NCBI GenBank assembly: GCA_021404525.1
Contig: JAAWWE010000014.1
Coordinates: 22,407-86,406 of the forward strand
Reading direction: 5' to 3'
DNA length: 64,000 bases
DNA from: Rhodobiaceae bacterium
GTDB taxonomy: Bacteria; Pseudomonadota; Alphaproteobacteria; Parvibaculales; Parvibaculaceae
The stretch's first letter is position 1. Each line of letters starts with the position of its first letter. The position numbers and the translations under genes were made by a program. A model generated the notes under the pieces. That model was not told where the DNA came from and ran no database searches. It saw only the letters and a program-made list of their open reading frames with translations. This document shows, one piece after another, positions 1 to 8,870 of this stretch.

Positions 1-1
1 C

Positions 2-496
2 GGACCTCACATACCAATTACAAAACAACTTCATCCTGTAATTCGTAATTCCTCAGAAAATGAGGAAGCGGCAGCCGAACCGCCCGGACCGGCAACGCCA
101 GCGCCTGTGGCACGGACAGCGTCGGACAGTGGGGCAGGGGAGGCGAACAGACCGCAGGTCGGGATCGAGTTGGGAACGATATTGCAAGCCTGCCCGGAAT
201 TCACATCCTGGGGGCGCAATCTGGGCGGCTACATCCGTGATTGGCGCGATTTTGTGCGGGTCGCCGGCGAATTGCGGCCGATGATCGGCATTTCGGAACA
301 TGCCTGGATCGACGCACAGGAGCAGATGGGCAAACCCGCCGCTGCGGCTGCATTTGCCTTGGTCTTCGAGAAGGTCCATTCAGGCGAGGTCAACTCGCCG
401 GGCGGATATCTGCGGGGCATGGTCGAAAAGGCCGGGGCAGGGGAGCTGCATCTGGAGCGTAGCTTCTTCGGTCGGCTGAGTGAGATGGCGGCGTGA
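2..496 (+). CDS. repC: Plasmid replication initiator RepC, C-terminal part (5' truncated by window)
   Basis: Frame open from position 2 (GPHIPITKQL...). The C-terminus LGISEHAW...INSPGGYLRGM-like (here MIGISEHAW, VNSPGGYLRGMVEKAGAGELHL) is typical of RepC_C. Confidence 0.85.
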   Translation, partial: GPHIPITKQLHPVIRNSSENEEAAAEPPGPATPAPVARTASDSGAGEANRPQVGIELGTILQACPEFTSWGRNLGGYIRDWRDFVRVAGELRPMIGISEHAWIDAQEQMGKPAAAAAFALVFEKVHSGEVNSPGGYLRGMVEKAGAGELHLERSFFGRLSEMAA

Positions 497-548
497 GACG
501 GGGCTTCACCTCTCGAAATCCTTGCAAATCTTCCACGTGATGGAATAA

Positions 549-1721
549 ATGCAAGGTATGATCGTGCGCAATCACCTCAAACGGGTCGAAGACGCCCTCG
601 ATGCCCAGACCGGGGTCGTCCTTCTCGGGCCGCGTCAAGTCGGCAAGACCACGCTCGCTCAGGACATCGCGGAGACCCGCGAGGCGATTTATCTCGATAT
701 GGAGCGGATCGCGGACCGGCAGATCCTCGAGGAGCCCGATCTCTATCTCGATGCGCAGATGGGCAAGCTGGTGGTCATCGACGAGGTTCAGCTGATGCCG
801 GGGCTGTTTGGCGCACTTCGGGGGCAGATCGACCGCCGCCGACGGGCCGGGCACCGCACCGGGCAATTCCTGCTCCTGGGGTCGGCCTCCAATACGCTGC
901 TACAGCAAAGCGCGGAATCGCTGGCAGGCCGGGTCAGCTATCACGAACTGACCCCCTTCACGCTGGATGAAGCGGGGCAGAGGGCCTTCCCGAGGCTCTG
1001 GCTGCGCGGCGGCTTTCCAGACAGCTTTCTCGCCCAATCGGGCCGGGCCAGCTTGACCTGGCGCGAGGATTTCATTCGCACCTATCTCGAACGCGACATC
1101 CCAAGCTTCGGCCTGCGCATCCCGGCCGAAACCCTGAGGCGGTTTTGGACCATGCTGGCCCATGAGCAGGGCGGGCTCTTGAATGCGGCAAAGCTGGCGG
1201 CGGGCCTCGGCGTCTCCGGCCAAAGCATTGCGCGCTATCTCGATCTGCTGGTGGACCTGATGCTGGTGCGACGGCTCCCGCCCTGGCACGCGAATACCGG
1301 CAAGCGGCTGGTGAAATCGCCCAAGGTCTACATCCGTGATGCGGGCCTGACCCACGCGCTCTTGGGGATCGAGACCGCGGAAGCGCTGCTCGGTCATCCG
1401 GTGGTCGGCGGCTCCTGGGAAGGCTTTTGCATCGAAAACCTGATTGCGGCGGCCCCGCGTGGCACGGAAGCCAGTTTCTATCGCTCCTCGGCCGGGGCCG
1501 AGATCGACCTGATCCTGAAATTGCCCGGCGGGGCGCTTTGGGCCATTGAGGTCAAACGCACGACCAGCCCCAAGGTCACCCGCGGGTTCCATATCGCCGC
1601 TGACGATCTCGACGTGGCGGAGCGGATTCTGGTCTATGCCGAGACCCGCGACGTGCCGGGGCAAGCCGGGCTCCGTGCCATGCCGCTCTCGGCCGCAATC
1701 GACCGGCTGCGCGCGCTCTAG
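549..1721 (+). CDS. AAA_14 ATPase with C-terminal DUF4143 (PD-(D/E)xK-like) domain
   Basis: Walker A GPRQVGKT, Walker B VVIDEVQ, LLGSA, GGFP, C-terminal EIDLILK...AIEVK. Confidence 0.85.
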   Translation: MQGMIVRNHLKRVEDALDAQTGVVLLGPRQVGKTTLAQDIAETREAIYLDMERIADRQILEEPDLYLDAQMGKLVVIDEVQLMPGLFGALRGQIDRRRRAGHRTGQFLLLGSASNTLLQQSAESLAGRVSYHELTPFTLDEAGQRAFPRLWLRGGFPDSFLAQSGRASLTWREDFIRTYLERDIPSFGLRIPAETLRRFWTMLAHEQGGLLNAAKLAAGLGVSGQSIARYLDLLVDLMLVRRLPPWHANTGKRLVKSPKVYIRDAGLTHALLGIETAEALLGHPVVGGSWEGFCIENLIAAAPRGTEASFYRSSAGAEIDLILKLPGGALWAIEVKRTTSPKVTRGFHIAADDLDVAERILVYAETRDVPGQAGLRAMPLSAAIDRLRAL

Positions 1722-1818
1722 GAGCGCGTCTCCGCCTGGGTTCCAGGCCAATCCGCGGCCCAAGCCCCGATGACACGGGGCTGATCAATCCTCGACCCGC
1801 CTGCCAGCTGCGCCTCCC

Positions 1819-1990
1819 GTCAGGTCCCCCGTGCGAGCAGGGGAGCGCGGGCCTGACAGACGCCGCCGCCAGCGCAATGGCCTGCCCGCGCCGGTCGCGG
1901 ACGCTCCCCCGTGTTGACCATGCGCCGTCGGCTGACGGCGTCCGTCCTGCCTTTCCGCGTCCCGCACGAGGGACCTGCCGAAAGGAGGAC
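1819..1990 (+). promoter_or_regulatory. Structured leader upstream of ardC (candidate single-stranded, Frpo-like promoter)
   Basis: CAGGTCCCCCGTGCG (1821-1835) pairs with CGCACGAGGGACCTG (1963-1977) at 14/15. Internal hairpins GTCAGGTCC/GGGCCTGAC and CGCCGTC/GACGGCG; followed by RBS AAGGAGG. Confidence 0.45.
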
Positions 1991-1993
1991 ATC

Positions 1994-2893
1994 ATGGCAA
2001 ATCGACCTGACATCTACACCCGCGTCACCGCGAAGATCATCGCCGATCTCGAAGCCGGGACCCAACCCTGGCACAAGCCCTGGAACGCCGAACATCTTGC
2101 GGGGCGTATTTCACGACCCCTGCGGCACAACGGGGTCGCCTATCGCGGTCTCAACATCGTCCTGCTCTGGGCCGCCTCGGTTGCCAAAGGCTTCGCCGCG
2201 CCGACCTGGATGACCTATCGTCAGGCGTCAGAACTCGGCGGCCAGGTGCGCAAGGGCGCGAAGGGCGAGTTGGTCGTCTATGCAGACACCTTTCGCAAGA
2301 CCGAAACCGACGCCGCCGGTCAAGACCGTGAAGTCGCGATCCCCTTCATGAAAGGCTACACGGTTTTCAACGTCGATCAGATCGAGGGCCTTCCCGAGGC
2401 GTTCTACGCCGTCCCGGAGCCGATACTCGACACAGTCGAGCGCGATGCAGCTGCAGACTCCTTCTTTGCCGCGACAGGGGCCGACGTTCGTTACGGGGGA
2501 ACCCAGGCCTATTACGCCGTTGAGCCGGATTACGTGCAGATGCCGCCCTTCGAGACCTTCGAAGACCCTGAGAGCTACTACGCCACACTCGGTCACGAGA
2601 TCACCCACTGGACCCGCCATCGTGATCGCCTGGACCGTAGTTTCGGCCGAAAGCGCTGGGGCGATGAAGGCTATGCGCAAGAGGAGCTTGTCGCGGAACT
2701 GGGCGCTGCGTTTCTGGCCGCCGATCTGGGATTGTCGCCGGATCCGCGCCCGGAGCATGCCGCCTATATCGACCACTGGCTTCGCGGTCTTCGAAGCGAC
2801 ACGCGATATATCTTCCAGGCTGCGGCCCATGCACAGCGTGCGGTCGATTTTTTGCACGGTTTGCAACCGGATCGGGACGAGGCCGTCGCTTAG
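1994..2893 (+). CDS. ardC: ArdC-family antirestriction ssDNA-binding protein with zincin-like metallopeptidase domain
   Basis: PWHKPW, YRGLN, WMTYRQA, VRKGAKG, YTVFNVDQIEGL, HEITHWT, YAQEELVAELGAAFL; RBS AAGGAGG before ATG 1994. Confidence 0.9.
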   Translation: MANRPDIYTRVTAKIIADLEAGTQPWHKPWNAEHLAGRISRPLRHNGVAYRGLNIVLLWAASVAKGFAAPTWMTYRQASELGGQVRKGAKGELVVYADTFRKTETDAAGQDREVAIPFMKGYTVFNVDQIEGLPEAFYAVPEPILDTVERDAAADSFFAATGADVRYGGTQAYYAVEPDYVQMPPFETFEDPESYYATLGHEITHWTRHRDRLDRSFGRKRWGDEGYAQEELVAELGAAFLAADLGLSPDPRPEHAAYIDHWLRGLRSDTRYIFQAAAHAQRAVDFLHGLQPDRDEAVA

Positions 2894-3024
2894 GCGGTCT
2901 CAAAACAGATCTGCCTCAGAGTTCGCAGGTGACGTTTCCGGACCTTCCATGCGCCAACAGTCGGTGGCGGCAATGCGGGACAGAGTTCCAATTCGCTGCT
3001 GCTGCGCCAACGTCCAGTTTGCCT

Positions 3025-4371
3025 TCACCGCTGCTCTCGGTGGTTATCTATTCCTCGCATCCTTGGCCAATGGGGGTGATAGTCATCAATGACGATAGGA
3101 TGACTGTGGGTTGTTCCATCCCGCACATGCGGATGATCTGCCGGGAGGTCGTCATGCGAATGCTGCACGGACTGGCTGCTCTCTTTTGGCCAAAGAACGA
3201 CTCCGCTGGCCATTCCAATACCCGCCAGCAACGCCAAGACCGCAAACGCTTCCCCCGGTCCGGAAACTGTAATCAACCAGCCTGCGAGCGGGTAGGCCAC
3301 CAGCCAACATGCGTGTGACAGGGCGAATTGGGCGGCATAAACAGCAGGTCGGTCTTCCGCATGTGCGGACCGTTTGAGCAAGCGTCCCGAGGGGGTGAGG
3401 ATGGCGGAATACCCGATCCCTATGATGACCCACCCCGCCAACAGAGGTATCCACTGCGTATCGTACACTAGTGCCATCATAGACAGAGCCAGCAGTGCCG
3501 CGACCAGCACCAACGCACCGCCGATCATCACCGGGCGGTCGGGGCGGTTGTCCAACACTCTGGGTAGCAGGAGAGCGGCCAGCATTGATCCGCCACCAAA
3601 GGCCCCGAGTGCTATGGCAACCTGGCTATCTCCAAGGCCCAGGTCAGACCGTACAAGGACCACGGTGTTTACCAACACCATTGCACCTGCTGCTGCTGCG
3701 GCAAGGTTCAGCGACAGCAACCCGCGCAGGCGCGGTGTGGCGAGGTAGATGCGCATTCCACGTGTGGTCCGGTCGTAGATGCCGCGCGAGGCTGGTGGCT
3801 GTGGGCTGGGCAACAGGACCGATACCACCAGCAAGGCAGAGCCAACAAATCCCGCGACAGTGCCAAGGAACAAGGCCTGATAGCTCACAAAGGCCAGCAG
3901 GAACGCCGCAACCATCGGGCTAATGATATTTTCCAGATCATAGGCCAGCCGAGACAAGGAAAGAGCACGTGTATAGCGGTCTTCCTCCGGGAGGATGTCG
4001 GGGATCGTTGCCTGGAACGTCGGTGTGAAGGCGGCGGACGCGGATTGCAGCAGGAAGATGAGGATATAGACTTGCCACACTTCACTTACAAAAGGCAGGC
4101 AAAGGGCGACTGTGGCGCGGACCAGATCAAGGCCCACCAACATCGCGCGGCGGGGCCAGCGATTGGCGAAGGCCCCGGCAATCGGCGCGATCCCGACATA
4201 GGCTACCATTTTGATCGCGAAGACCGTCCCCAGCACCAGACCCGCCCGTTCGCCCGATAGATCATAGGCCAGCAGCCCAAGAGCAATCGTCGCCAGCCCC
4301 GTTCCGAGCAGCGCCACGACCTGCGCCAGGAACAGATGGCGGTAGGTGCGATCAGCAAGGACAGAGAACAT
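3025..4371 (-). CDS. nreB: MFS nickel-resistance efflux transporter, NreB-like, with His-rich C-terminal tail
   Basis: Multi-TM MFS pattern; C-terminal HSHDDLPADHPH...HSHPIVIDDYHPHWP; directly downstream of nreA. Confidence 0.8.
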   Translation of the reverse strand: MFSVLADRTYRHLFLAQVVALLGTGLATIALGLLAYDLSGERAGLVLGTVFAIKMVAYVGIAPIAGAFANRWPRRAMLVGLDLVRATVALCLPFVSEVWQVYILIFLLQSASAAFTPTFQATIPDILPEEDRYTRALSLSRLAYDLENIISPMVAAFLLAFVSYQALFLGTVAGFVGSALLVVSVLLPSPQPPASRGIYDRTTRGMRIYLATPRLRGLLSLNLAAAAAGAMVLVNTVVLVRSDLGLGDSQVAIALGAFGGGSMLAALLLPRVLDNRPDRPVMIGGALVLVAALLALSMMALVYDTQWIPLLAGWVIIGIGYSAILTPSGRLLKRSAHAEDRPAVYAAQFALSHACWLVAYPLAGWLITVSGPGEAFAVLALLAGIGMASGVVLWPKESSQSVQHSHDDLPADHPHVRDGTTHSHPIVIDDYHPHWPRMRGIDNHREQR

Positions 4372-4380
4372 GGGCCTTCC

Positions 4381-4653
4381 TTACAGATACTTGGTGATGG
4401 CCTTGAACTCGGCAGTGATTGGAGTTCCGTCAGAACCCACCAGTGCATCATCGAGGCAATGGTCGATGTGATCCTGTATCAAGGTGCGCTTGGCCTGCTG
4501 AACGGCCTTCTCGACCGCGTGGAGTTGCTGGGCGATGTCCACGCAAGGGTGCTCATCCTCGATCATTCTGATGACGCTTGCGAGGTGCCCGTTGGCACGT
4601 TTCAGCCGCTTGACGATGGCAGGGTGGGTTGCATGAGGCAGGTGTTTTGTCAT
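4381..4653 (-). CDS. nreA: CsoR/RcnR-family metal-sensing repressor NreA
   Basis: RLKRANGHL...CVDIAQQLHAV...DHIDHCL...FKAITKYL. Confidence 0.85.
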   Translation of the reverse strand: MTKHLPHATHPAIVKRLKRANGHLASVIRMIEDEHPCVDIAQQLHAVEKAVQQAKRTLIQDHIDHCLDDALVGSDGTPITAEFKAITKYL

Positions 4654-4663
4654 ATCAGAGACC

Positions 4664-4681
4664 TAACCCCCCAGGGGGGAT
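4664..4681. promoter_or_regulatory. Probable CsoR/RcnR-type operator in the divergent promoter
   Basis: CCCCCC-A-GGGGGG palindrome (4667-4679) between nreA and the divergent His-rich ORF. G/C tracts are characteristic of this family's operators. Confidence 0.6.
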
Positions 4682-4717
4682 CAGGCAAGTGGGCCAAGAC
4701 CCACGAGAGCGGGCAGA

Positions 4718-5077
4718 ATGACACGGGCAATCACGGGATACCTGAAAGGACTGCTGACCATTGCCCTGGCGGTTGGTATGTTGCTTTCCGCAAACTCCCG
4801 TTCGGTCACCCATGATTTTACGGAGCTGGCAAAGATCGTCGCGGAACATCACGCCGAGATTGAAGAACATGGCCACGCCCATGAAGACATCGTTGATCTG
4901 ATGCACGCCTATCATAGCCACAGCCATGACATCGCAGACCACGACCACAACATTGCGTTTCTTCCGCCCCGTGATGCGATGAGCACGCCAATGCCATCCG
5001 GCTCAAGTTGGGCAATGGCAAACTCTGCCATGGCTGACAGGCGAGACTATGGGTTGGATCGACCGCCACGTGTGTGA
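4718..5077 (+). CDS. Small exported His-rich protein ending LDRPPRV (candidate metal-sensing leader/arrest peptide)
   Basis: N-terminal hydrophobic signal, EHHAEIEEHGHAHED...HSHSHDIADHDH, C-terminal RPPR. Confidence 0.7.
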   Translation: MTRAITGYLKGLLTIALAVGMLLSANSRSVTHDFTELAKIVAEHHAEIEEHGHAHEDIVDLMHAYHSHSHDIADHDHNIAFLPPRDAMSTPMPSGSSWAMANSAMADRRDYGLDRPPRV

Positions 5078-5132
5078 TGCCGCGCCCAACGTGGCGTTTC
5101 AATCAATCACACTCATCGAACGGAAAATCCTA

Positions 5133-5870
5133 ATGTTACCAAACCGATCCTATCGGTCGGGGCAGCCGTCACATCCTTTGCGACAGCCCTGGACCATTTT
5201 CATAGCCACCTTCCTGATGATCATCGCTCTCACGACCTCGGCCTCTGCTCATGCTGTTACGCCGGGCGATGCGGGATACATTCAGGAGATCTTCGGGGTG
5301 CATATCATCTCGTTCATCTATCTGGGCGCAAAGCACATGATCACAGGTTATGATCACATCCTGTTCCTACTTGGCGTCGTCTTCTTTCTCTACCACATGA
5401 AGGACGTTGCCACTTACGTCAGCATCTTTGCGGTCGGGCATTCTGTGACGATGATTCTGGGCGTCTGGTATGGCTGGGGCATCAACGCCTACATCATCGA
5501 CGCCATCATCGGCTTATCGGTCGTCTACAAGGCGCTCGACAACCTGGGGGCCTATCAGAAATGGTTCGGTTTCCAACCCAACACCAAGGCGGCAACGCTG
5601 ATCTTTGGTCTGTTCCACGGGACGGGCCTGGCGTCCAAGATCCTCGATTACCAGCTCGCTGAAGACGGGCTGTTGGGCAACCTTCTGTCCTTCAACGTCG
5701 GCGTCGAGGTCGGGCAGCTCCTGGCCCTTTTCGTGATCCTGATCGTCATGGGGTATTGGCGTCGCAGCCCCAACTTCATGCGTCAGGCATCTGTCGCGAA
5801 CATCATCATGGTCGGCCTCGGCCTTCTGCTGACATACCAGCAGATCGCAGGCTACATCGCCAGCACATAA
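5133..5870 (+). CDS. HupE/UreJ-family Ni/Co membrane protein
   Basis: GAKHMITGYDHILFL, FAVGHSVT, FGLFHGTG, FNVGVEVGQ. Confidence 0.85.
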   Translation: MLPNRSYRSGQPSHPLRQPWTIFIATFLMIIALTTSASAHAVTPGDAGYIQEIFGVHIISFIYLGAKHMITGYDHILFLLGVVFFLYHMKDVATYVSIFAVGHSVTMILGVWYGWGINAYIIDAIIGLSVVYKALDNLGAYQKWFGFQPNTKAATLIFGLFHGTGLASKILDYQLAEDGLLGNLLSFNVGVEVGQLLALFVILIVMGYWRRSPNFMRQASVANIIMVGLGLLLTYQQIAGYIAST

Positions 5871-5873
5871 GAA

Positions 5874-6500
5874 TTGGAGAAAAACATGCATAATGCACCA
5901 AAACCCAACATCGAAGACCTGCCCACAAAGGCACAACTGCGCCGTTCCTCGATCATCGCGGGCATCGGGGCCGTGTTCATCGGGATCTGCGTTTACCTAC
6001 CCGCTGAATACGGGACGGACCCAACGGGCGTCGGCAGCCTTCTTGGCCTGACCGAGATGGGCGAGATCAAGCAGCAGCTTGCCGCCGAAGCCGCCGCAGA
6101 CGAGGCGCTACACGGAGGGGACGACTCCTCATCGCTGATGAATGACATCTTCGGCCTGTTCGTCTCAACGGCCCATGCGCAGGAAGCATGGCAGGACGAG
6201 ATCACTTTCACCCTTGCACCTGGTCAATCCACTGAGATCAAGGCGACCATGGATGAGGGTTCCACGCTGAACTACACTTGGGTTGCCACTGGTGGGCGCA
6301 TCAACTTTGATCTTCACGCCCATGCCGGCAGCGACGCAGTGACATATGAGAAAGGCCGAGGGAAAACGTCCGGCGAGGGCAGCTTTGAAACCCCGTTTGC
6401 AGGCGATCATGGCTGGTTCTGGCGTAACCGGGACAAGGTCGATGTAACGGTCACGCTTCAATTGCGCGGAGACTACAGCGAGATCGTTCGAAGCGAGTGA
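5874..6500 (+). CDS. Membrane-anchored periplasmic protein commonly paired with HupE/UreJ
   Basis: Single TM, LPAEYGTDPTGVG motif, FDLHAH and GDHGWFWRNR. Confidence 0.75.
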   Translation: MEKNMHNAPKPNIEDLPTKAQLRRSSIIAGIGAVFIGICVYLPAEYGTDPTGVGSLLGLTEMGEIKQQLAAEAAADEALHGGDDSSSLMNDIFGLFVSTAHAQEAWQDEITFTLAPGQSTEIKATMDEGSTLNYTWVATGGRINFDLHAHAGSDAVTYEKGRGKTSGEGSFETPFAGDHGWFWRNRDKVDVTVTLQLRGDYSEIVRSE

Positions 6501-6707
6501 AACGCTTTGGTGGCCACCTGCGCATAGGCGCGTGGGTGGCCATGCTCCTGCCCGGGCAAGTACAGATGACCTTCGGTGCACAAAAGAGAAACCGCAAAAG
6601 GCTTTTTCCGGACCTTTGCCGCAAGATGTGCCAAGGCTGGCATGCGGAACAGGAACCGCTGAAATAGACGAAGATTGCCGATAACAGATACAGCCGGGTC
6701 TGGCCGA

Positions 6708-7124
6708 TCAATGCGCTCGCTCGCACAGATCGTGATCGGCCAAGGCTGTTAGTACGTAGCAGTCTCCCGATACACCATCGCCGTCGCACCCTTTGGTGAT
6801 ACGGAGTAACTCTTTCTCCAGCGCACGGAGCTTTCTGATCTTCGCCCGGACATCCGAGAGCTGCGCGGCCGCGATATCGGTTGCCGCCTGGCAGGACCGG
6901 TCGGGATGGTCTTGCAGCTCGATCAGCGACGAGATCGCTTCAATCGAAAACCCGAGGTCCCGTGCGTGCCTGATGAAGCTCAATCGTTCCAGACCCGCCC
7001 GATCGTATCGTCTCTGGTTGCCTTCAGTGCGCTCTGGCGCGGTCAGCAGGCCGACAGTCTCATAGTAGCGGATGGTCGGAACCTTGACCTTGGTGCGTCG
7101 TGAAAGCTCGCCGATGGAGAACAT
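6708..7124 (-). CDS. MerR-family metal-responsive regulator (CadR/PbrR/ZntR-like)
   Basis: FSIGELS...TIRYYE...RTEGNQRRY...FIRHARDLGFSIEAI; conserved Cys in SC and GC...DC. Confidence 0.9.
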   Translation of the reverse strand: MFSIGELSRRTKVKVPTIRYYETVGLLTAPERTEGNQRRYDRAGLERLSFIRHARDLGFSIEAISSLIELQDHPDRSCQAATDIAAAQLSDVRAKIRKLRALEKELLRITKGCDGDGVSGDCYVLTALADHDLCERAH

Positions 7125-7135
7125 CAGAATATTCC

Positions 7136-7166
7136 TTGAACCTCTAGTCGCTAGAGATACTATGTT
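7136..7166 (+). promoter_or_regulatory. MerR-type promoter/operator
   Basis: -35 TTGAAC (7136-7141), 19-bp spacer containing dyad CTCTAG-tcg-CTAGAG (7142-7156), -10 TATGTT (7161-7166). Confidence 0.8.
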
Positions 7167-7195
7167 GTTTGGGACAACGAATCCAGAGGCTCGCA

Positions 7196-7951
7196 ATGTC
7201 CCGTGAACATCTCTTCGCAACTCCGCTTCTCGATTTTCGGGCACGATCAATCCAGGCGCTGATCGCCGAGCGTGGTTGGTCTGCCCTCGCGACCCGTGAC
7301 CGGATTGGGGCCGCCTATGATTTTGTCCGACACGAAATTCTGTTCGGCTACAATCGCGCCGATGACATTCCGGCATCCGAGGTGCTGTCTGACGGGTACG
7401 GACAGTGCAACACGAAAGGCACGCTGCTCATGGCGCTCCTGCGTGCGGTCGGTGTGCCGTGTCGGCTTCACGGCTTTACGATCCACAAGGGCCTTCAGCG
7501 CGGCGTGGTGCCCGAGCTTGTCTATCCCATCGCGCCTTTGGAAATCCTGCACTCCTGGGTGGAGGTCGAAATGGATGGACGCTGGATCGACCTTGAGGGG
7601 TTCATCCTGGACAGCCGGTTTCTGTCAGCTTTGCAGACCGCCTTCGATGGACGGGAAAGTCTGTGTGGCTACGGTGTCGGCACGGATTGCTTAAGCGCGC
7701 CGCCGGTCGAATGGAAGGGCGACGGCACCTACATCCAAAAGTCTGGGATCGTTCAGGATTTTGGCCTCTTTGAGACCCCTGACGACTTCTACGAAAAACA
7801 CGCCCAGGAGTTCGGTTGGGTTCGGGGCTTCCTCTATCGAAACATCATTCGTCATTGGATGAACCGTCGAGTTCGAGCATTTCGTTCGGGTCGCTTGAAG
7901 CCACAAGCAGTTTCAACACATTCGCATGGGGGCACACCTAATGCCGCATGA
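7196..7951 (+). CDS. Transglutaminase-like (Cys-His-Asp) family protein
   Basis: GYGQCNTKG, HSWVEV, WIDLEG catalytic triad pattern. Confidence 0.8.
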   Translation: MSREHLFATPLLDFRARSIQALIAERGWSALATRDRIGAAYDFVRHEILFGYNRADDIPASEVLSDGYGQCNTKGTLLMALLRAVGVPCRLHGFTIHKGLQRGVVPELVYPIAPLEILHSWVEVEMDGRWIDLEGFILDSRFLSALQTAFDGRESLCGYGVGTDCLSAPPVEWKGDGTYIQKSGIVQDFGLFETPDDFYEKHAQEFGWVRGFLYRNIIRHWMNRRVRAFRSGRLKPQAVSTHSHGGTPNAA

Positions 7952-8870
7952 CCACGTCCACATAGACCCCGAGGCGGGCGACCGGAGGGTGTTCGCGGCG
8001 ATTGCCGTCAATCTTGGACTGACGATCGCGCAGATCATTGGCGGGATCGTCTCCGGCTCTCTCGCACTGATCGCCGATGCGCTGCACAACTTCTCAGACG
8101 CGATTTCGCTCATCATTGCCTTTGCAGCGCGCAAGATCGCACGGCGACCGAGGGATGCGGACATGACCCTCGGCTACGGCCGGGTGGAGGTGGTTGCAGC
8201 GCTCATCAACTACACGACCCTAATCCTGATCGGTCTCTACCTGCTTTACGAGGCGGCGATGCGCTTTGTCGATCCGCAGCCTGTCGAGGGATGGCTGATC
8301 GTCATCATCGCGGGAATCGCGCTGATCGTGGACGCGGCTACCGCACTGCTGACTTATCGCATGTCCAAATCCAGCGTGAACATACGCGCGGCGTTCCTGC
8401 ACAATGTTGCTGACGCGCTTGGCTCCATCGCCGTGATCCTCGCCGGAACGCTGATCCTGCTCTACGACTGGCGGCTGATCGACCCAATCGTGACGGTCAT
8501 GATTGCGGGCTATATCCTCTGGCAATCCTTCCGGGAGATCGGCCCGGTCATCCGCATCCTGATGCTCGGATCGCCGCCAGACATCGAGACACGCGGCGTT
8601 CTCGACGCCGTGCGCGGGGTGCCCGGCGTGACCGGCATCCACCACGCGCATTTCTGGCAGATGGACGAGCATCATGCGGCACTCGACGCCCATGTGGTGA
8701 TCGAGGAGGGCCGCTGGAGTGACGCCGACGCGATCAAGGAGCGGATCAAGTCCGTCCTCTCCGACAGGTTCGACATCGAGCACACGACGTTGGAGCTTGA
8801 ATGTGCGCGACACGCCTGTGGCGACCCCTCCGAGTTCGGCGGGCGCGGGCATGGTGCGGCGATCTCATGA
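7941..8870 (+). CDS. czcD: Cation diffusion facilitator (CzcD-like)
   Basis: SGSLALIADALHNFSD, GYGRVE, NIRAAFLHNVADALGS, HTTLELE. Confidence 0.88.
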   Translation: MPHDHVHIDPEAGDRRVFAAIAVNLGLTIAQIIGGIVSGSLALIADALHNFSDAISLIIAFAARKIARRPRDADMTLGYGRVEVVAALINYTTLILIGLYLLYEAAMRFVDPQPVEGWLIVIIAGIALIVDAATALLTYRMSKSSVNIRAAFLHNVADALGSIAVILAGTLILLYDWRLIDPIVTVMIAGYILWQSFREIGPVIRILMLGSPPDIETRGVLDAVRGVPGVTGIHHAHFWQMDEHHAALDAHVVIEEGRWSDADAIKERIKSVLSDRFDIEHTTLELECARHACGDPSEFGGRGHGAAIS

